64,000 bases of DNA, from NCBI GenBank assembly GCA_963828165.1, contig CAWHDR010000001.1:896001-960000 (forward strand), read 5' to 3'. Under the pieces are notes generated by a model, which was given only the letters and a program-made list of their open reading frames with translations, searched no databases and was not told the origin of the DNA. The stretch is from an uncultured Chloroflexia bacterium. Its GTDB lineage: Bacteria; Chloroflexota; Limnocylindria; Limnocylindrales; CSP1-4. This document shows, piece by piece, positions 38,079-48,093 of the stretch. Position 1 is the first letter of the stretch; every line of letters begins with the position of its first letter. The position numbers and the translations under genes are program-made.

Positions 38079-39608
38079 TCAGCCCGACAGGTCGAACCAG
38101 GTCGTCTTGAGCTGCGTGTAGCCATCGAGGGCGGCCATCCCCTTGTCGCGGCCGAACCCCGATTGCTTGAAGCCGCCGAACGGCACGGTGATGTCGGCCG
38201 CGTCGAAGGTGTTCACCCACACCACCCCAGCCCGGATGGATCGTGCCAGTCGATGGGCGCGATTGACGTCGCGTGTCCAGATCCCTGCGGCGAGGCCGTA
38301 GGGCGTGTCGTTGGCGATGGCCAGGGCGTCGGCCTCGTCCTCGAACTCGATCACCGTCAGGACCGGACCGAAGATCTCCTCGCGCGCCACGCGCCAGCCG
38401 TTGTCGACGCCGTCGAGGATGGTCGGGGCGATGTAGAAGCCACCGGTCTCCTCGCGGACCCGCTCGCCTCCGGCGACGACCTGCGCTCCTTCCTCGCGAC
38501 CCAGCGCGACGTAGCCGAGGACCTTCTCGAGCTGCCGCTCATCGACGATCGAGCCCAGCCGGGTGGCGGGATCCAGTGGCTCGCCGGGCGCCAGCTGTCG
38601 ACCGAGAGCCGCGATGCGCGCCACCAGCTCATCGCGCACGCTGCGGTGGACGATGAGCCGGGAGCCGGCGTTACAGGATTGACCGCTGTTGTAGAAGATC
38701 CCCATCCCGATCGTGTCGGCCGCGACTTCGAGGTCCCCGACATCTCCGAGGACGACCTGCGGGCTCTTCCCGCCGAGCTCGAGGGTGATGGCCTTGACGT
38801 CCGTCTCGCCGACCGCGCGAAGGAGCGACCGCCCGACCTCGGTGGAGCCCGTGAACGCGATCTTGTCGACCGCCGGGTGGCGGGCGAGGGCATCCCCGAT
38901 GACGGCACCCGGCCCCGGCACGACGTTGAGGACGCCATCCGGCAGGCCGGCTTCGGCCGCCAGCTCCGCGAGGCGCAGCGCGGTCAGCGGCGACTGGGAG
39001 GCCGGCTTGAGCACGACCGAGTTACCCGTCGCCAGGGCCGCACCGAGCTTCCAGGCGGTGACGATCAGCGGGTAGTTCCATGGCACGATCGCGGCGACCA
39101 CCCCGATCGGCTCGCGGGTCACGAGCGACAGGGCATCCGGGCCGGTCGGGCCGACCTCGCCGTAGACCTTGTCGATCGTCTCCGCGTACCACTGGATGGT
39201 CTTGGCGGCGGAGGGGACGTCGACCGCGAGGGTGTCGCGGATCGGCTTCCCGACGTCGAGCGACTCGAGCAGGGCGAGCTCGTCGCGGTTGGCCCGGATG
39301 AGGTCGGCGAGCTTCAGCAGGATGCGCTTGCGGTTCGCAGGCGATTGATCGGCCCAGCGTCGGTCGTCGAAGGCAGTTCGTGCCGCCTTGACGGCCCTTC
39401 CGACGTCCTCGACATCGCCCTGGGCGACATCGGTGATGTGCCCGCCGTCTCGCCCGGCGATGTCGGCGAACGTCTGGCCGGACGCCGCTGGGACGAACCG
39501 GCCGCCGATGAACGCCTCGTTGCGGGGAGTAACGGCCGCGGCACGAGCTAACCAGTCCGCGGCGGTCGGGCGGTCGCGGTCCGGCGCCGGGGCGGCAGAA
39601 TCGGTCAC
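38079..39608 (-). CDS. Aldehyde dehydrogenase (PuuC/betaine-aldehyde DH-like)
   Basis: PWNYP, FTGSTEVG, LELGGKSP, NSGQSCNAGSR, EEIFGPV, PFGGFKQSG. Confidence 0.95.
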   Translation of the reverse strand: MTDSAAPAPDRDRPTAADWLARAAAVTPRNEAFIGGRFVPAASGQTFADIAGRDGGHITDVAQGDVEDVGRAVKAARTAFDDRRWADQSPANRKRILLKLADLIRANRDELALLESLDVGKPIRDTLAVDVPSAAKTIQWYAETIDKVYGEVGPTGPDALSLVTREPIGVVAAIVPWNYPLIVTAWKLGAALATGNSVVLKPASQSPLTALRLAELAAEAGLPDGVLNVVPGPGAVIGDALARHPAVDKIAFTGSTEVGRSLLRAVGETDVKAITLELGGKSPQVVLGDVGDLEVAADTIGMGIFYNSGQSCNAGSRLIVHRSVRDELVARIAALGRQLAPGEPLDPATRLGSIVDERQLEKVLGYVALGREEGAQVVAGGERVREETGGFYIAPTILDGVDNGWRVAREEIFGPVLTVIEFEDEADALAIANDTPYGLAAGIWTRDVNRAHRLARSIRAGVVWVNTFDAADITVPFGGFKQSGFGRDKGMAALDGYTQLKTTWFDLSG

Positions 39609-40717
39609 GCCGCGTACCTCGCGATCGCGGACTCGTCCAGCACGGCACCCAGGCCGGGTCCCGGCGGCACCCGCAGGACGCCGTCGCGGTCGGGACGGAT
39701 GGGCTCGGCCAGGAACGCGTCGCGACGCTCCGGTGTCCAGCCCGGCGGGTCGTACGGGTACTCGATGAACGGCCCACCACCCACACCGGCGGCCACGTGC
39801 AGGTTCGCGAGCAGACCCAGCCCATTGGTCCAGGTGTGGGGCGTGAACCAGCGATTGCGGGCGAGCGCCAGCTCGGCGACGGTCCGGGTCCGCAGCATCC
39901 CGCCCGCCAGCACGACATCCGGCTGGTAGACGTCAAAAGCGTCCGCATCGAGCGCAGCCAGCGTCTCCACGAACGTCCGGGTCATCTCGCCCCCGGCGAT
40001 CCGGATGCCGGGCGCGGAAGCCCGCAGCGCCGCCAGCCCTCGCAGATCCGTGCCCGCCAGCGGTTCCTCCAGCCAGAGCACGTCGTACGCCGCGAGCTGG
40101 GCGGCGACATCGCGCGCAGCGACGGGATCCAGCGACAGAGCGGTGTCACCGGGCATCCGCCAGCCCTGGTTGAGGTCGACCATGAGCGCCATCGAGTCGC
40201 CAACGGCGGCGCGGGTCGCGGCCACCGCCGCCATCCCGTCGGCCAGTCGCCGCGGATCCAGCCGGATCTTCATGGCGCGAAACCCCTCCTCGCGCAGCCG
40301 CAGCGCAGACTCCGCGCGCGCGGCCGCGGGCAGCAGCGACCCACACGAGGCGTAGGCCGGGATGCCGTCGCTCGATCCACCGAAGAGCGTCGCGACCGGC
40401 AGGCCGGCAACCTGGCCGATGATGTCCCAGAGCGCCGCTTCGAGCGGCCAGTACCGACCGGCATGGAAATCGATCGTCTCGAGGACGCGGACATGGCGGG
40501 CGATCGCGAGCGGGTCCTGCCCGACGAACAGGTGCTCGAATGCATCGAACCCGTCCATCGTGTCGCCTGAGCCCACACCGACGACGCCGTCATCGGTCTC
40601 GACGCGCACGAGCGTGACCGCGAAGGAACGCCTGGGCTCCGGGTCCCACGCGGCCGCGAACGGCGGTTCGAGGGGAACCACGAGTCGCTGCAGCCGGACC
40701 GCAGTGATGCGCACCAC
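39605..40717 (-). CDS. Mandelate racemase / muconate lactonising enzyme family (enolase superfamily)
   Basis: ALWDIIGQ, GFRAMKIR, LMVDLNQGW, WLEEP, AGGE, QPD. Confidence 0.9.
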   Translation of the reverse strand: MVRITAVRLQRLVVPLEPPFAAAWDPEPRRSFAVTLVRVETDDGVVGVGSGDTMDGFDAFEHLFVGQDPLAIARHVRVLETIDFHAGRYWPLEAALWDIIGQVAGLPVATLFGGSSDGIPAYASCGSLLPAAARAESALRLREEGFRAMKIRLDPRRLADGMAAVAATRAAVGDSMALMVDLNQGWRMPGDTALSLDPVAARDVAAQLAAYDVLWLEEPLAGTDLRGLAALRASAPGIRIAGGEMTRTFVETLAALDADAFDVYQPDVVLAGGMLRTRTVAELALARNRWFTPHTWTNGLGLLANLHVAAGVGGGPFIEYPYDPPGWTPERRDAFLAEPIRPDRDGVLRVPPGPGLGAVLDESAIARYAA

Positions 40718-40804
40718 CGCAGTATCGCCGACCAAGCCCCGCTGCCGGGGCGCGTGCCGGCTGCGATACTGTGACCTCCCCGCCTGGCCGTTAGGAACCG
40801 TCCC

Positions 40805-41548
40805 TTGTTGACCGCCCGCGACCGCCCGCCCGAAGAAGCCGCCGAGGACACCTCGTTCGCGCGTGGCTTGCGGGTGTTCCTCACGATCGCCGACCGCGGC
40901 GAGATCCGCGCCGACGAGCTCGCCACGCTGCTCGAAACGCCACTGTCGACCGTCTACCGCTATCTGCGCACCCTGACGGAGTTCGGGTTCGTGGAGCGGA
41001 TGGAGGGCGGTTACGCGCTCGGTCCGCGGCTGCATCTCACCGGCGGCGCCACGGTGAGCAGCGAAGAGCTCATCCGTCACGCGGACCCGGTCCTGCGCAT
41101 GCTCGTCGACGAGGCGGGCGAGACCGCGGTGATCGCGCGCCGCGTCGGCCTGACCGCCGTCTGCCTGCATGAAGTGCAATCCGGTCATGCCCTGCGGGTG
41201 ACCTGCGAACCGGGCTCCGCCACGCCGCTCGTCTCGGGAGCGATCGCCAAGGTCCTGCTCGCGTACGCCCCGCCGGAGGTCCAGGACGAGGTGCTCGCGG
41301 AGGTCTCGAACGCCAAGACGCTGCGTCGCGAGCTCGGGTCGGTCCTGGAAGACGGGGTCGCTCGGAGTGAGGGAGAGTTATTCTCCGGCACCGTGGACAT
41401 CGCCGTTCCCATCCTGCGGGACGACGGGATCGTGGCCGCGATCGGCGTCGTCGCCCCGGCTGAGCGAGCGACGCTGCCATGGCGCGTGCGTGCGAGCCGA
41501 CTCCTGGCCGACGGAGCCGCTGCGATCACCGGGGCGCTGCGCGAATAG
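40805..41548 (+). CDS. IclR family transcriptional regulator
   Basis: ARGLRV, PLSTVYRYLRTL, GETA, GAIAKVLLAY, AVPI. Confidence 0.9.
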   Translation: MLTARDRPPEEAAEDTSFARGLRVFLTIADRGEIRADELATLLETPLSTVYRYLRTLTEFGFVERMEGGYALGPRLHLTGGATVSSEELIRHADPVLRMLVDEAGETAVIARRVGLTAVCLHEVQSGHALRVTCEPGSATPLVSGAIAKVLLAYAPPEVQDEVLAEVSNAKTLRRELGSVLEDGVARSEGELFSGTVDIAVPILRDDGIVAAIGVVAPAERATLPWRVRASRLLADGAAAITGALRE

Positions 41549-41640
41549 CTTCTGCAGGACACCCCGGTACTATCGCGATATGGCATCAGGACGTTCCACG
41601 ATTTGACAATCATTGCCCATAAGCGGATGCTCGCGCCCAC

Positions 41641-42150
41641 ATGGACGCATTCGCCGCTCTTGCACCCGTCTCGGACGCGTATGCCCACCTGCCCCTTGCA
41701 GAGGCCTTCGACTGGAGCCAGGTCGGCCGGCAGCTCGGTACGGGCGAGTGGTATCTCGTCGCCTTCCGGTCCGTCCGCCGCCTCGACGCGGACGAAATCC
41801 GGCTGACCGAGTTCGACGATCGGGCCCATCACGAGGCGCAGTCGTCGCCCGGGTTCGTCCACTACTTCAAGGGGCCCGCGGAAGCCGATCGGTCGTGCCT
41901 CTCGTTCTGCCTGTGGACCAGCCGCGCCGAGGCACGTGCGGCGTCCGGGAGGCCGGCCCACATCGAGGCGGTCTCGGTGATCAACGAGATGTACGAGCGC
42001 TACACGCTCGAGTTCCTCCGGGTCACGGGCCGGGAGGGCTCGCCGCTACAGTTCGAGCCGTACGATGGAGTGCCTCCGGCCGACCCTGCCGGCGTCTCGC
42101 TTCCCGTGTTCGGGCTGCCGCCGCTCCAGGGCGCCCCTTCCGCCTCCTGA
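41641..42150 (+). CDS. Hypothetical protein (possibly ABM/dimeric alpha-beta barrel)
   Basis: GFVHYFKG...LSFCLWTSRAEA...PAH pattern. Confidence 0.7.
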   Translation: MDAFAALAPVSDAYAHLPLAEAFDWSQVGRQLGTGEWYLVAFRSVRRLDADEIRLTEFDDRAHHEAQSSPGFVHYFKGPAEADRSCLSFCLWTSRAEARAASGRPAHIEAVSVINEMYERYTLEFLRVTGREGSPLQFEPYDGVPPADPAGVSLPVFGLPPLQGAPSAS

Positions 42151-42169
42151 GAGACCGCGTCGAGGGCGG

Positions 42170-43198
42170 TCAGCCAGGGCGGGGGCCCGGTTCCGGGGCC
42201 GTGACGCTCCCTTCGCCACCGACCTCCTGTTCCGTCGAATCGGTGCCCGTATCCAGGCCGACGCCCAGACGCAGCGCCGCGATCACACCGCCGACCGACG
42301 TCCCGATCAGGATCATCGCGTGGACCAGCAACGCCATCGCAAACGCTAGATCTGGGTCCGTGCCGAAGATCGACGCGATCGACACCGCCGTCAGCTCGAA
42401 CGTCCCGACGTAGCCCGGCGCCGACGGCACGATCGTGGCGAGCGCGACGCCGCTCGACAGGAGTGCCGCCTGCGGGATCGTCAGGTCGATCCCGACCGCC
42501 TGCGCACCGGCCATGAACGTGGCGATCGAGGCGGTCCATGCCGCCGCGCTGAGGAGCAGCGCGCGACCGAGCACGCCCGGCCGGCTCGCGACGGCCAGCC
42601 CGTCGCGGAGGCGCCTGGCCAGCTCGAGGATGCGTGGATATCCCTCGGCGACGGCCGTGACCCGATCGGCGCCGGGAAGCCGGTGGCTCACGGTCGCCAC
42701 GAGGAGACCTACCACGAGCAACGCCACGAATCCAGCGCCCAGGATGACGGCGGTCGAGATGGTGCCGCCGACGCCGAGGACCACCACCGAGATGGCGGCC
42801 AACGCGACGACGATGACGGTGTCGACCACGCGCTCGACGACGACGGTGCCCAGCACGGTCGCGGTGCTCAGAACCTCGCCCTTGGCCAGCGCGTGGCTCC
42901 GTACCAGCTCGCCCAGTCGCGCCGGCAGCACGTTATTCGCGAGGTACCCCAGGTACGTGTAGCCGAGCACGCGCGGGTACGAGATGTGCTTGATCGGCTG
43001 GAGGAGGGCGCGCCATCGACCGCCGCGCGCGGCCACGTCGATGAAGACCGTGCCCACCATCAGCAGGATCCATGCCGGGTTCGCCGACCGCAGGACGTCG
43101 ACCGCACGCGGCAGGTCGACCGAGCCCGCGAGGATCCAGATGGCGAGGCCGCTGATCGCGATGCCGATGACCGTCCGGAGGATCGTCCTCCGGCTCAT
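42170..43198 (-). CDS. Lysylphosphatidylglycerol synthase TM-domain (flippase-like) protein
   Basis: RWRALL, GYLANNVLPARLGE, ERVVD, PSAPGYVGTFE. Confidence 0.9.
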   Translation of the reverse strand: MSRRTILRTVIGIAISGLAIWILAGSVDLPRAVDVLRSANPAWILLMVGTVFIDVAARGGRWRALLQPIKHISYPRVLGYTYLGYLANNVLPARLGELVRSHALAKGEVLSTATVLGTVVVERVVDTVIVVALAAISVVVLGVGGTISTAVILGAGFVALLVVGLLVATVSHRLPGADRVTAVAEGYPRILELARRLRDGLAVASRPGVLGRALLLSAAAWTASIATFMAGAQAVGIDLTIPQAALLSSGVALATIVPSAPGYVGTFELTAVSIASIFGTDPDLAFAMALLVHAMILIGTSVGGVIAALRLGVGLDTGTDSTEQEVGGEGSVTAPEPGPRPG

Positions 43199-43214
43199 CG
43201 GGTGGAGGCGGCGA

Positions 43215-44000
43215 TCATCGATCGAGATCGGCGCGCGGCGCCCCCGGCGGCCGGGCGGTCAACTTCCGGGAGCGGCGCACGCGCAATCGATGGAGGAGGT
43301 ACCGACCGACCACGCGCAGGGTCGAGAGCCCGTAGACGACGCTGCGCCTGAAGCCGACGGAGCTCGCCTCCTCGAAATAGCGCGTGGGGACGGCGATCTC
43401 GCCGATCCGCCGGCGCATCCCCGCGGCAACGACCTGGGCGATGAGCTCCTGGTCGAAGACGAAGTCGTCGCTGTTCCGGTCGTACGGAATGGTCTCGAGC
43501 AGCTGCCGGCTGTAGGCCCGCAACCCGGTGTGGTACTCGGACAGACGGAGGCCGAAGGCGACGTTCTCGACGATCGTGAGGAAGCGATTGCTGATGTACT
43601 TCCAGCGCGGCATGCCGCCAGCCAGTGGGTCGCCCAGGAACCGGCTGCCGAGCATGAGGTCATGGGTCCCGGCGGCGATCGGCGCGATGAGGGCGGGGAT
43701 GCGCGTCGCGTCGTACTGGTAATCGGGGTGGAGCATCACGACGATGTCGGCGCCGGCGGACAGCGCGGCGTCGTAGCACGTCTTCTGATTGCCGCCGTAG
43801 CCGCGATTCTGGGAATGGATGATGACGTCGAGCCCGAGGTTCCTCGCGATGTCGACGGTCTCGTCCTTGGACACGTCGTCCACGAGGATCACCTTGTCCA
43901 CGATGTCGTGCGGGATGTCGGCGTACGTGCGTTCGAGCGTCCGGGCAGCGTTATACGCGGGCATCACGATGACGAGGTTCGGGCGGGTGGGCGGTGTCAC
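43215..44000 (-). CDS. Glycosyltransferase family 2 (polyprenol-phosphate sugar synthase-like)
   Basis: VMPAYNA, VDDVSKD, NRGYGGNQK, HPDYQY, GSRF. Confidence 0.92.
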   Translation of the reverse strand: MTPPTRPNLVIVMPAYNAARTLERTYADIPHDIVDKVILVDDVSKDETVDIARNLGLDVIIHSQNRGYGGNQKTCYDAALSAGADIVVMLHPDYQYDATRIPALIAPIAAGTHDLMLGSRFLGDPLAGGMPRWKYISNRFLTIVENVAFGLRLSEYHTGLRAYSRQLLETIPYDRNSDDFVFDQELIAQVVAAGMRRRIGEIAVPTRYFEEASSVGFRRSVVYGLSTLRVVGRYLLHRLRVRRSRKLTARPPGAPRADLDR

Positions 44001-44122
44001 GGCGGCAAGGGTACCCGAGGATCGGGGTCGGCTCGGGTCCCGGCCGTCGCTGGATCGTCATCGAGGTTGTGCGACGATAGGGGCCGTGGCCTTTCCCGCC
44101 GCACGCACAAGGATCCCCCTCG

Positions 44123-44728
44123 ATGTTCGAACGCCTCTTCGGCAACACCGCCACCGACCCCGCCGTCGCGGAACGGATCCCGCCCGGCCAGTACCGGACG
44201 GAGAAGTTCCCGGTCCTGCACTACGGGTCGGTGCCCAAGGTCGACCTCGCCACCTGGGACTTCCGCGTCTTCGGCGAGGTGGACGCGCCGTTCACGCTGA
44301 CGTGGGAGCAATTCAAGGCGCTGCCGCGCAAGCAGGTCCACACCGACGTCCACTGCGTGACGCGCTGGTCGAAGCTCGACACCGACTGGGAGGGTGTTCC
44401 GATCCAGGCGATCCTCGAGCTGGCCCAGGTCCGTCCGAGCGCGACGCACGTCGTGAGCCATGCCGAGCAGGGCTACACGGCCAACCTGCCGCTCTCGGTC
44501 CTCGACGATGACGACGTCCTGCTCGCCGACACGTACGGCGGTGAGCCGCTCGAGCCTGAGCACGGCTACCCGCTTCGCCTCGTGGTCCCGAAGAAGTACT
44601 TCTGGAAGAGCTCGAAGTGGATCCGTGGCCTGGAGTTCCTGGACCACGACCAGCTCGGCTTCTGGGAGCGGTACGGCTACAACAACGACGCCGATCCCTG
44701 GAAGGAAGAGCGCTTCAGCGGCGACTGA
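44123..44728 (+). CDS. Sulfite-oxidase-like molybdopterin oxidoreductase
   Basis: PPGQ, DVHCVTRWS, EHGYPLRLVVP..YFWKS.KW, GFWE..GY. Confidence 0.92.
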   Translation: MFERLFGNTATDPAVAERIPPGQYRTEKFPVLHYGSVPKVDLATWDFRVFGEVDAPFTLTWEQFKALPRKQVHTDVHCVTRWSKLDTDWEGVPIQAILELAQVRPSATHVVSHAEQGYTANLPLSVLDDDDVLLADTYGGEPLEPEHGYPLRLVVPKKYFWKSSKWIRGLEFLDHDQLGFWERYGYNNDADPWKEERFSGD

Positions 44729-44782
44729 TCGCGGCGAGCCTATCCGGCGCTTTCGTCGCAGACGGACCTCCCGCAAGCGGCC

Positions 44783-45562
44783 TCAGCTGCGGCGCGGCCC
44801 GCCGAGCAGCGCCGGATCGGGTGTGAAGTAGCGGAGCCTGCGGGTCAGGAGGACGAGCTCCCGTTCCAGCAAGGAGACCAGGCCCTCCAGGCGCTCCACG
44901 GTCGTCTCGGCTTCGAGGAGCGCCTGGCGGCGCGGCAGCTCGACCTGGACGATCCCGGAGAGCAGGTACGACAACACCGTCGGATCGTCGGGGATGTGCA
45001 GGTCGGGCGTCGGTTCGGGCGAGGTCCCCTCCCCCTCGAGGCCCTCCATCTCGGGTCGGCCCGGAACCCGGTCGGACCCGTCGTCCTGCTGCGACTCGAT
45101 CTCGACGCGGATGTCGAGCACCTCGGTGGTCTCGCCGTCGCGCGCCCGCATGAGGTCGAGATAGCGGACGAAGCGACGGATGGCGGTCGCGGCCAGGCGC
45201 TCGGCACGCGGCTCGTCGCCGACCTCGTCGTCCAGCGGCGTGACCTCGGCGAGGAGGTAGGGCTCGGTCTGGGCGTCCACCGATTCGATCGCGAAGCGCC
45301 CGGTCGCGGCCGCCAGCAGGTCGAAGCGACCGTCGGGGTAACGACCCGCCTGGCGGATCTCGGCGAACGCGCCGACACCGGCCAGCGTCGCCATCCTGGC
45401 CGTGCCGATCTCGCGGCCGTCGCGGATGAGCACGACCCCGAACGGCTCACCGCTGTCGAGACAGCGCCGGGTCATCGCCCGGTAGCGTTCCTCGAAGATG
45501 TGGAGCGGCAGGACGATGCCCGGACAGAGCACCGTGTGCAGCGGAAAGAGCGGGATCTCCAT
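44783..45562 (-). CDS. LON peptidase substrate-binding domain protein
   Basis: IPLFPLHTVLCPG..LPLHIFEERY, PFGVV, RQALLE. Confidence 0.9.
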   Translation of the reverse strand: MEIPLFPLHTVLCPGIVLPLHIFEERYRAMTRRCLDSGEPFGVVLIRDGREIGTARMATLAGVGAFAEIRQAGRYPDGRFDLLAAATGRFAIESVDAQTEPYLLAEVTPLDDEVGDEPRAERLAATAIRRFVRYLDLMRARDGETTEVLDIRVEIESQQDDGSDRVPGRPEMEGLEGEGTSPEPTPDLHIPDDPTVLSYLLSGIVQVELPRRQALLEAETTVERLEGLVSLLERELVLLTRRLRYFTPDPALLGGPRRS

Positions 45563-45643
45563 CGACTACCCGATCCGTGAAGCCGTGTTGCGCGAATGCC
45601 CGCCCGAGTGCAGCGAGATCGCGTCCGTCGAGTCTAGTCTCCC

Positions 45644-45677
45644 AAATGAAGAAGCCGCCGGACCTGCCGGCGGCTTC
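45644..45677 (-). terminator. Intrinsic terminator after the erpA/iscA-like gene
   Basis: GAAGCCGCCGG-N5-CCGGCGGCTTC followed by TTCATTT on the minus strand. Confidence 0.75.
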
Positions 45678-45698
45678 GAGTCGGTATTGCTGCGAGGA

Positions 45699-46115
45699 TC
45701 AGTGGGAGCAGCCCTTGGGCGACCCCGTGTCGTCCGCTGTGCGGAAGCTGGAACCGCAACCGCAGGCCGCGACCGCGTTGGGGTTGTTCACGGTGAACCC
45801 GGCGCCCATCAGCGTGTCGACGTAATCGATCTCCGAGCCCTGCAGCAGCGCGATGCTCTGACCGTCGACGTAGACCTTGATGCCACTGGCCTGGAGGACC
45901 TTGTCCTCAGGGGTGGGCGCGTCTTCGAGCATCATCCCGTAGCGGAAGCCCGAGCAGCCGCCGGAATACACGTACACGCGCAGACCGATGTCCGGATTCG
46001 TCTCGTCCTTGGTCAACTCACGCAGCTTGCTGGCCGCAGCGTCGCTCAGGGATACGACCGTGCCCGGGTCGAGGATGGGAGTCGGCTCGACGACGGTCGG
46101 CTGCTGTTCGATCAT
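45699..46115 (-). CDS. A-type Fe-S cluster carrier (ErpA/IscA/HesB family)
   Basis: GGCSGFRY, IDYV, NPNA..ACGCGSSF. Confidence 0.95.
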   Translation of the reverse strand: MIEQQPTVVEPTPILDPGTVVSLSDAAASKLRELTKDETNPDIGLRVYVYSGGCSGFRYGMMLEDAPTPEDKVLQASGIKVYVDGQSIALLQGSEIDYVDTLMGAGFTVNNPNAVAACGCGSSFRTADDTGSPKGCSH

Positions 46116-46161
46116 GCGGGTTCGTCCTCCTTCGGACGGGGCTGGTGGTATTCAAGGAGTC

Positions 46162-46189
46162 GATTCCAGAGTCGCTGCTCTGTATCGTA
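46162..46189 (-). promoter_or_regulatory. Putative erpA promoter with imperfect palindrome
   Basis: Minus-strand TACGAT -10 box overlapping GATACAGAG-N6-CTCTGGAATC. Confidence 0.4.
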
Positions 46190-46239
46190 CGCACGGCAAC
46201 GGGTTTCGACAAGCGTCGCGCCGAAATCCGATGGTCCCC

Positions 46240-46310
46240 CGTGAGGGGTCCATGAGGATGTCAGCTCCAAGGACGGCCGGATGTCACCACTAAAGGGACG
46301 GGACACGTCA
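46240..46310 (+). repeat. Left terminal repeat with three G(G/T)(A/C)C-N5-6-A(T/C)GTCA sites
   Basis: Sites at 46248-46263, 46271-46286 and 46296-46310. Confidence 0.7.
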
Positions 46311-46374
46311 GTGGTGATTGGGACCTCGCGATCGTCGGTCGGGTCTCCGATACCCGGATGACTGAGGGAGCCCG

Positions 46375-46758
46375 CTACCGATTCAGTCGAAAGTAGGTGC
46401 GGCTCCCGATTTCCTTGCCATCGAGCTGATACCTGCCTGACGCCCAGCGTTCTGGCCGCGTCATGACGGTGTACCAGACGAGTTGCCCGAAGAACATCGC
46501 GGACCGATCGAAGTCTCCGCGCGCCGCCTTTGTGTAGATGGGCTCGAACGGAGTTCCTGTCCAGTCGCTGCCGGGTAGCCATCCCGCCGTCGCGATCTCC
46601 GCTCCCTCCTGGTCGATGAGCTCGTTGATGCGCGTGACCATCGCGTCGAACTCGGCCTCGGACAGGCGCCCACGCAGCGCGTCGAAGTCGGTTCGGTACG
46701 GCATCCGCTCGATGACCTTGCCAGTGTCGATGTCGATGAGCATGGCGTCGCCGTCCAT
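46375..46758 (-). CDS. Hypothetical protein (first cargo gene)
   Basis: Intact, Trp/aromatic-rich ORF (GWLPGSDWTGTPFEPIY...FFGQLVW...RTYF); start 46758 or 46743. Confidence 0.75.
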   Translation of the reverse strand: MDGDAMLIDIDTGKVIERMPYRTDFDALRGRLSEAEFDAMVTRINELIDQEGAEIATAGWLPGSDWTGTPFEPIYTKAARGDFDRSAMFFGQLVWYTVMTRPERWASGRYQLDGKEIGSRTYFRLNR

Positions 46759-46886
46759 CCTGCAGCCACAGTCCTTCTGACCGAGGCGGACCAGGCGTAT
46801 CTCCGCATTGCGGAACAGCGACGACGAGGTCGTCCGAACTAAGGCGCTTCGCCCGTGCCGTGGTCAGGCGGACCGACAAGCGATCG

Positions 46887-47364
46887 TCATCGTGTCGAAC
46901 CTCCGATCGAGGCGTCGCCTCGTGCTTCGATCGTCGGGGGCCGTGCGGGGACCGAGGGCGCTTCGTGCGCCTGTTCGGACGACACTGGGCGCGCGGTCAG
47001 GCGGCCGAAGACGATCGTCGTGGCGATCGGGATCCAGAGGTACAGGGGCGCGAACACGGTGAGGTACTGCCCGATATCGACCGGCTCCATGAAGAGGAAG
47101 TGGTCGAGGTCATTGGCCACTCATCAGGCATCGCCCATGCCTGCCCGACGGCGAACACCTCCGGGCACTGAGCCCTGCCCGATCCGGCGCACGTAGTCGA
47201 CGGCGAAGAAGACTACCAAGAGCACGAGGACGAGGCGCCGGATCGACGGGAAGGACGGTGCCGACGTGATCGCGTCGGGAAGGAACTGGGCAATGCCGAT
47301 GAACCCGAACCAGATCCACCAGATGAGGAACCCGTACGCGATCGCACGGATGGGGCGCTGGCAT
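46887..47364 (-). pseudogene. Frameshifted membrane protein
   Basis: Hydrophobic segments RAIAYGFLIWWIWFGFIG, LVLVLLVVFFAVDY and YLTVFAPLYLWIPIATTIVFG do not lie in one open frame. Confidence 0.6.
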
Positions 47365-47561
47365 GTTGATGACTCCTAGGGGGCCGCGACATGGGACGGC
47401 GCGACTTGCTGAACTTCATACGAGCCGGTCGATATCAGGCGGGTACCTCGAACGCGTCGTTCGATCGCGTGCCGTCGTGATGGCGTCACAGGGCGAAGCT
47501 GTAGATGGGACGCCTCGATCGCGTCGAAGGAAAAGGCCTGTCAGCGGCCCTCTGCGGGAGA

Positions 47562-47919
47562 TCAGCGTCTCGACGGGACTCGCCAGGCAACGGCGATCCC
47601 GGCGAAGGAGCAGAGCGATCACCGCCATGTGATAGACGATGTTGGGGACGGTGTTCGGACCGAGGCGCCGAAGAGCCATATAGAGGCCGATGGAGGCGCC
47701 GACCAGAGCGAAGCAGGGTTGAGGCGAGCCCTCCCCACCGAGCCCCATCCCTGCCGAAGAAGGTCAGCTTATCCCCACCACCAGCACTACGGCGACGCTC
47801 GATCTCGTACATCGCGCCTCGTTGAACGGGCCCGGGATCACGAGCCCGGAGTGCAGCGCCGCCAACCCGAGTAAGGACAGGGCCGCGACGGCCATGATCG
47901 AGCGAAGCGTGCGTGTCAT
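47562..47919 (-). pseudogene. Frameshifted small membrane protein
   Basis: MTRTLRSIMAVAALSLLG / LTFFGRDGARWGGLA / ALVGASIGLYMAL...YHMAVIALLL spread over different frames. Confidence 0.6.
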
Positions 47920-48093
47920 GGAATTGGCCCCGCGAGTGGATTGCAGCTCGAAGACGGGTCGGCCGTGGGCCGCAGCCACCGGGTCATTGAGATCGACGCC
48001 ATCCACGGTGCGAATGAACCAGACGCCCAAGGGGACGCTTCGCGCGAGCCCGCCGAGATCGTCTCGGAGGAAGCGGAGCTCGCAGCGTCCGCC

